NCBI GenBank assembly: GCA_951406725.2
Contig: OX597816.1
Location: 130,200,001-130,264,000 of the forward strand
Reading direction: 5' to 3'
DNA: 64,000 nt
Origin: Octopus vulgaris
Lineage: Eukaryota
Shown: positions 51,527 through 64,000 of the stretch, one piece after another
Position numbering within the stretch: position 1 is the first letter of the stretch
How the letters are laid out: the number at the start of each line of letters is the position of its first letter
Translations under genes and position numbers: made by a program
Notes under the pieces: model-generated
Told to the model about the DNA's origin: nothing
The model's database searches: none
Seen by the model: the letters and a program-made list of their open reading frames with translations, nothing else

Positions 51527-52003
51527 GTAAACAGTAAAAATAATTACAGACATGGACAAGAACATGAAACGCCACAGAGACGACACAAGAACCACAGGAC
51601 GGGACATTCGAAGCCCTCAGTCATCAGTCAAGAACCAATATATATATACACACACACTTACATATACATGTATAAGTGTGTGAGTGATAAACATTGCAAA
51701 ATGACCTGTAACTACATCAAGAGCAGATTTGACTTCGATGTACCTTCTCTTACACCTTTCCCACCAAAGGATTGCTATAAGATTTGTAAGAAGCATATCT
51801 GCAGACACTAGGATGGTTGTTGACTCATATGAATTCATCCACCCTTCAGTAGGCCTTCCTTTTTATCCTGCAGGATGTCCAAAAACCACCCTCAGCACCA
51901 AGCAGATATGACTATGCAATAAGTTGTAAAATATTACATGTTACTAGTAGCACTCAAGAGTAACCTGACAAATATATACACACCATATCTATGTATACAC
52001 GTG

Positions 52004-52035
<32 letters not shown>

Positions 52036-52075
52036 TACATACATATATATATATATACACACACACATACACTTA

Positions 52076-52460
52076 TGTGGCTGTGTGGTAAGAAGTTTGC
52101 TTCCTAATCACATGGTTTGGGTTCAGTCCCACTGTGTGATACTTAGAGCATGTCTTCTACACCAATCCACAGGCCAACCAAAGCCTTGTGAGTAGATTTG
52201 GTAGACAGAAACTGAAAGAAGCCTGTCATATATGTATATGTAAGAGTGTGTGTGTGTGTGTGCTGGTTCCCAACCACCCCATGACTACGAATCTTGGTTG
52301 GTTTATGTCCCTTATAACTGAGAGGATTAACAGAAGAAACTGAAAAAATAAGTACCAGGCTAATTAAAAAAAAAGTACTGGGGTCAATTTGTTCAACTAA
52401 ATCCTTCAAGGCAGGGCTTGAGCATGATTGCAGTTCAATGATTGAAACATGCAAAAATAA
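52076..52460 (+). mobile_element. tRNA-derived SINE (family B)
   Basis: TGGCTGTGTGGtaag A box, GGTTCAGTCCC B box, body similar to 29870-30252. Confidence 0.85.
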
Positions 52461-53559
52461 TAGATACAAATACACACACACACATTTATATATATATATA
52501 TATATATAAACATACATTCAAACATGTTTATATATATATATATATAGAAAAATATGTTGATATATAAATTAAGTTGCATAAAATAGTGCTGAATAAAATA
52601 TATACATGAACAATGATATTTAGCATATTTGTGTACACTCAAATGTGCTAGGATCTTTCACTGCAGAAATAGTTTTAAAAGAAATAATTCCTCTGAGACA
52701 ACATATGTGAAAACACTTTGAGCTATGATTGGATCATGGGTTGACACCCTATCAGAATGATAGTTTTGATATATAAGAACAGCAAAGAGTAAATTTGCTG
52801 GCATGCAATAAGTAAGCTTGGTTAAACTGGAATTAATTAAACAGAGTTGCACAAAGCTTTGTTGAATAGAACATATGCATGTACAATAATATTTAACACA
52901 TTCGCGTAAACTCAAACATCAACAACAATACAACCACCATCAATACTAAAATAAATACAATCACCACCGTTACCAACACATTAACAGGAACAATAGTATG
53001 AACAAGACGAGCAAATCCATCCAAAGTATAAGACGATCTCATGAGATAATGGGGTACCCTATTGTATTTTAGAAATTGAATGAAATGTCCTTAATGTTAG
53101 GTCAGTTAAGATTGACTTGTGACTAAACAGCAACAACAATATCATTAACAAGAACAATATGACCACTATAAACAACAATAACTTCACTATCACTAATACT
53201 GAAACCAATACAACATCACCACCACTAATCCACCAACTTTTGATTAACCAAGAAGCAACAACAAAAAAAAAGATATCACCATGAAAACAATGTCTATTGC
53301 TACATATATAGTATGTCAACAGAAAAGTGTGTGTATGAATTGTGTAGGGATTTTATAGTTCAAGCCAGAGGTATATATAGCAAATTGTCCAAGGACCTGG
53401 TAACTTTTAATCGTATAGTACTTCCTACCACCTCACTCTTTCACCTTTTCCTCTCATTTCCATTTACAATTTGTTGCTGTCACAAAATTCTTTCTGGGTA
53501 CTATTTTTTTTTACAATATATTTGTTGTGGATAACTGTTGATCACAACTGCTGTTGGAT

Positions 53560-54960
53560 TTACCTACAATTTAAAATATCTGGAAAGAAGCCATCAAGTG
53601 AAACTGAAGGTAGTTGTTCATATAGGAACCATAAAAAGATAACATTGGTACTGAAACATGATATTTTAAAATGGCTCTATACAGGAGAAAAAAAAATCAA
53701 CCACATTGCCAGAACATTAGAGCTTGCAACATCAATAGTGGAAGAATAAATGACAAGAGAAAGTAAATTAAGTCAAGTGCTCAGTAAGTTACTCAGTTAA
53801 CAGTTCAGAGTTTTAATTTTTTTATACATCTAATGCTTGCTTAAAATTGAGAGGCTTTTGGGTGTATGGTTCAGACTCAACATAATATGCCAATAAGCAT
53901 GATGGTAATTGTTTGTATGACAATTAGAATAAAGAGGAAGATGAAACTTCAAATGAAAAACTTTTTCTGGTTAGTAAAGGCTAGGTTGAAAGGTTTAAGG
54001 AGCACTTGATTTTGAACAATACAAAAGTGACTGTTGAAGCTGCCAGTGTTGATACAGTGGCTACTGCTAATTATCCTGAGCAGCTGAATAGAATGATTAT
54101 TAAAAGGTGGTTGATGAAACTGCATTTTTCTCAAAGTTCATGCCTGCTAGAACCAGGATTTAATGCGCCCAAAAATCACCTGACATGTTTTCTGGGAGGA
54201 AATATCACAGGCGAAATGAGATTAAATCTATTTGAGTATCACTCTGAAAATCTAATGGTTTTGTAGTGATACACCAAGTCTAATTTACTTTTTATTTGGC
54301 ATTCCAAACATTTTTGTCCTGCAGTAGAAAAGAAAGTCAGACAAAATATTTCCAATGAAGCACTGCACTTTTTAAACAATGTACCAAGCCACCCAGTGAA
54401 CTTAAATGAGCTTTACATTAATGTGAGAGTGAAATATATCCCCATATGTACTTCTTTGATCCAGCCAATGGATCAAGGTGTGATAACCAATTGCAATGCA
54501 TATTATCGAGAGACTTTCAAACAACTTATGAAAGCAGTTGAGAAGGTGGACAACTTACAAAAATAATGGATACTGACGATAACATAGCTGAGTCATAAGA
54601 TGAAGTGAAACTCTCAAATAGTACTCAGGAAAATATAAGGCCAAACTGTATCTGTGACTTTAAAGTTTTCCATTAAAAAAAGTTCACATAAAATTTGGAA
54701 AAATACTATGACACTTGTAAATGATGGTGGATTTGAAGAAGTCATAAAGAATGAAGTGGTTGAGTTGCGAGTGTCTAACAGAAGAAGCTTATAAAATGAG
54801 GAGTAGTGAGAACAAGACCAAGCTGAGAATACAGATGAGAATAGGAAATTTCCATTGACTCACTGAAACTGACTGCAAAGAATATTGCTGAAGAGTAGAC
54901 ACTGACAGTTTCTGCTTATAACAAACTTAATTGTGAATGTAACATAAAAATTATAGGAGT
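53560..54960 (+). mobile_element. Decayed Tigger/pogo-type DNA transposon (CENP-B HTH plus DDE transposase remnants)
   Basis: KKITLVLKHDILK...IARTLEL (HTH), KVTVEAASVD..A..YPE, PGFNAPKNHLT..LGGN..G, LNNVPSHP, SLIQPMDQGVI...AYY; many stops and frameshifts. Confidence 0.85.
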
Positions 54961-56215
54961 TCACAATGAGCTGTAGAAAGAGATGTATCAAGCAATTGTG
55001 AGTAAGTTATTTGTTACTCAAGTAAATGTTGATAAACGATGAGATAGAAGATAGTGTCCTGCAGTAACTCCCATTTACCCACCACAACCCATAACACAGT
55101 GGTTAATATCTTTTGTTGTAAGAATGTACACTAATATTACAGCTCCTGTGTATTCTTTAATATATTTCTATTCAAACATTTTTATGTAAACACATTGTAC
55201 AGTGTATGTTTAGAAATTCTTATTTTCATGCATAAAAGTGGTCAAGCTGCTTGCTTTTTTTCTTTAAAACTGACACAAATCTTTTTCACTTTATAACATG
55301 AAAATCAATGAATTTTGCATTATGACAAGTATTAGAGGAACACATTACATCTGTAACACATGGTACTCCTGCGTACACACACACACACACGTATGTATGT
55401 ATGTATATATATATTGATAGAAATGGTAAGACAACAAAAGAATTAAAGAGACCTTGATATTATGTAAACAGAGGAAATTATCTGTAAATGTAATATGTGA
55501 CAATTATGGCTACCAAATAATTGTCATATATATATTTATCTAGAAAGAGATTGTGGTTTCAATTCCTAGACTGGGTGATGTGTTGTGTTCTTGAGCAAAA
55601 CAATTCACTTCAAGTTACTCCAGTCCACTCAGTGAACCATCCAGGTGGGAAATAGATATACTATGGAAACCGGCCCTATAAGTCTATACGACTCAGGAAA
55701 GTTCTTTATCCTATAAGGCATCAAAAGACTGGTAGACTTGTTAACATGCTGGGCAAGAGGCTTAGCAGTATTTTAATTCCACTGAAGTCAGTTATGCCTT
55801 TCATTATTTCAAGATTGATAAAATAAGTACCAGTTGAACACTTGTGCTGATGTTGACTTCCCACTCAACCAAAATTGCTGGACTTGTGCCAAAATTTGAA
55901 ATCTATTTATCTGTATATATATATACACACATATATAAATACAAAGGCTTATGTGTATGTAGCAAATGAAAGGGGATTGGGGGATCCAGGTGGTTGATAC
56001 AGTCAGCACTCCTACAGATATCAGCTAACAGAATGTATAAAAAGGAACAATGCTTAAGTAGAAGCATGTGTGCACAAACCGAAAAATCCAGGAAATTTTC
56101 TTCAGTCATAGAGCATAAAAAAATGAGCAAAAGAATGGAGACACAACTCATATGTCATTGAAACAGCTGTAACAACAGAATAAATGATACTGGTATATAT
56201 ATATATATATATATA

Positions 56216-56348
56216 TTGGCGTTAGGAAGGGCATCCAGTTGTAGAAACTCTGCCAGATCAAGATTGGAGCCTGGTGCTGTCATCTGGTTCGCCAGCCCTC
56301 AGCCAAAATCATCCAACCCAAGCCAGCATGGAAAGTTGACGTTAAACG

Positions 56349-56350
<2 letters not shown>
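56216..56350 (+). mobile_element. RTE-associated 3'-end fragment between (TA)n tracts
   Basis: ttggcgttaggaagggcatccagttgtagaaac...ccagcatggaaagttgacgttaaacgat matches 10520-10640. Confidence 0.8.
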
Positions 56351-56406
<56 letters not shown>

Positions 56407-56961
56407 CACACACAAACATACATACATACAGAGAGGGAGGGAAAGAAAGAGAGAGAGACTTTAGTGAAGTGTCGATAAGTATGACAGAAGCTTAAAAACC
56501 CGGACAACAACTACCCACTTGGACAATTACCCAACTTGGTTGATTATCCCCGCTCTAATGCATTAGGATGTTTCAAATCATCCTTTGTTGTCCTCAGGGT
56601 GTAATTGACCATGGGTGGATAAATGTCCTAGACTCATGTTCAGTATGTTAGTTCAGTGTTCAGTCCCTCTTTCTCTCACATACCCATTCTTTTTTCTTTT
56701 TCTCTTATTATTACACCCACCGCCACCACCAACACTACTACTTTTCATGAAACCTCATCAACTCCCTCTAAATTTCTTAGTCACTCTTTCTCTCTCTATC
56801 TGTCTTCACCACTGCCCTCAACATCTTTATGCCTACTAGTACTCTCACTCCAGCACGAGGAATAGTAGACATGTCACTGAATCGTGAGAGAGGTCAAAGT
56901 GTGACACACAGAAATTAGTTTTCGCATTTATTATATTAATGAAGAATCTTGCCAATACAGT

Positions 56962-64000
<7,039 letters not shown>

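Noticed and set aside
51525-51640. CTGATGA on the minus strand in a CpG-retaining repeat fragment (also CTGATGA near 7886 on plus)
   Set aside because: No properly placed GAAA box or stem II, so not called as hammerheads.
22472-52460. tRNA-like A/B boxes at several positions
   Set aside because: All continue into repeated SINE bodies and lack a full cloverleaf; they are SINE heads, not tRNA genes.

Overview
AT-rich, CpG-poor eukaryotic DNA, most likely octopus or another coleoid cephalopod (inferred from the repeat families and TA/CA microsatellite load). The window holds the 5' part of an AP-1 complex gamma-adaptin gene (AP1G1) on the minus strand. Four firmly identified coding exons (15380-15582, 14289-14413, 11950-12091, 9069-9165) have canonical GT-AG boundaries that join in frame. 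The next constitutive exon was not found in 1-9068, and no obvious promoter is visible. Several small exon candidates fit the AP1G1 frame: an N-terminal chain at 25703-25717, 25229-25298 and 20485-20529, and an 81-nt GC-rich cassette at 3777-3857. The introns are full of decayed mobile elements: RTE and Vingi-like LINEs, a Penelope-like element with a 5' inversion, a Tigger/pogo transposase, piggyBac- and hAT-like MITEs, and tRNA-derived SINEs, some with clear target-site duplications (TSDs). The most unusual element is a tRNA-headed SINE ending in a Penelope-type minimal hammerhead ribozyme motif with an inverted terminal duplication (42867-43270); related hammerhead remnants occur elsewhere. 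The last ~7 kb is a giant compound (TA/TACA/CA) microsatellite whose long ORFs are artefacts. All calls come from manual reading; no database searches were run, and repeat boundaries are approximate.
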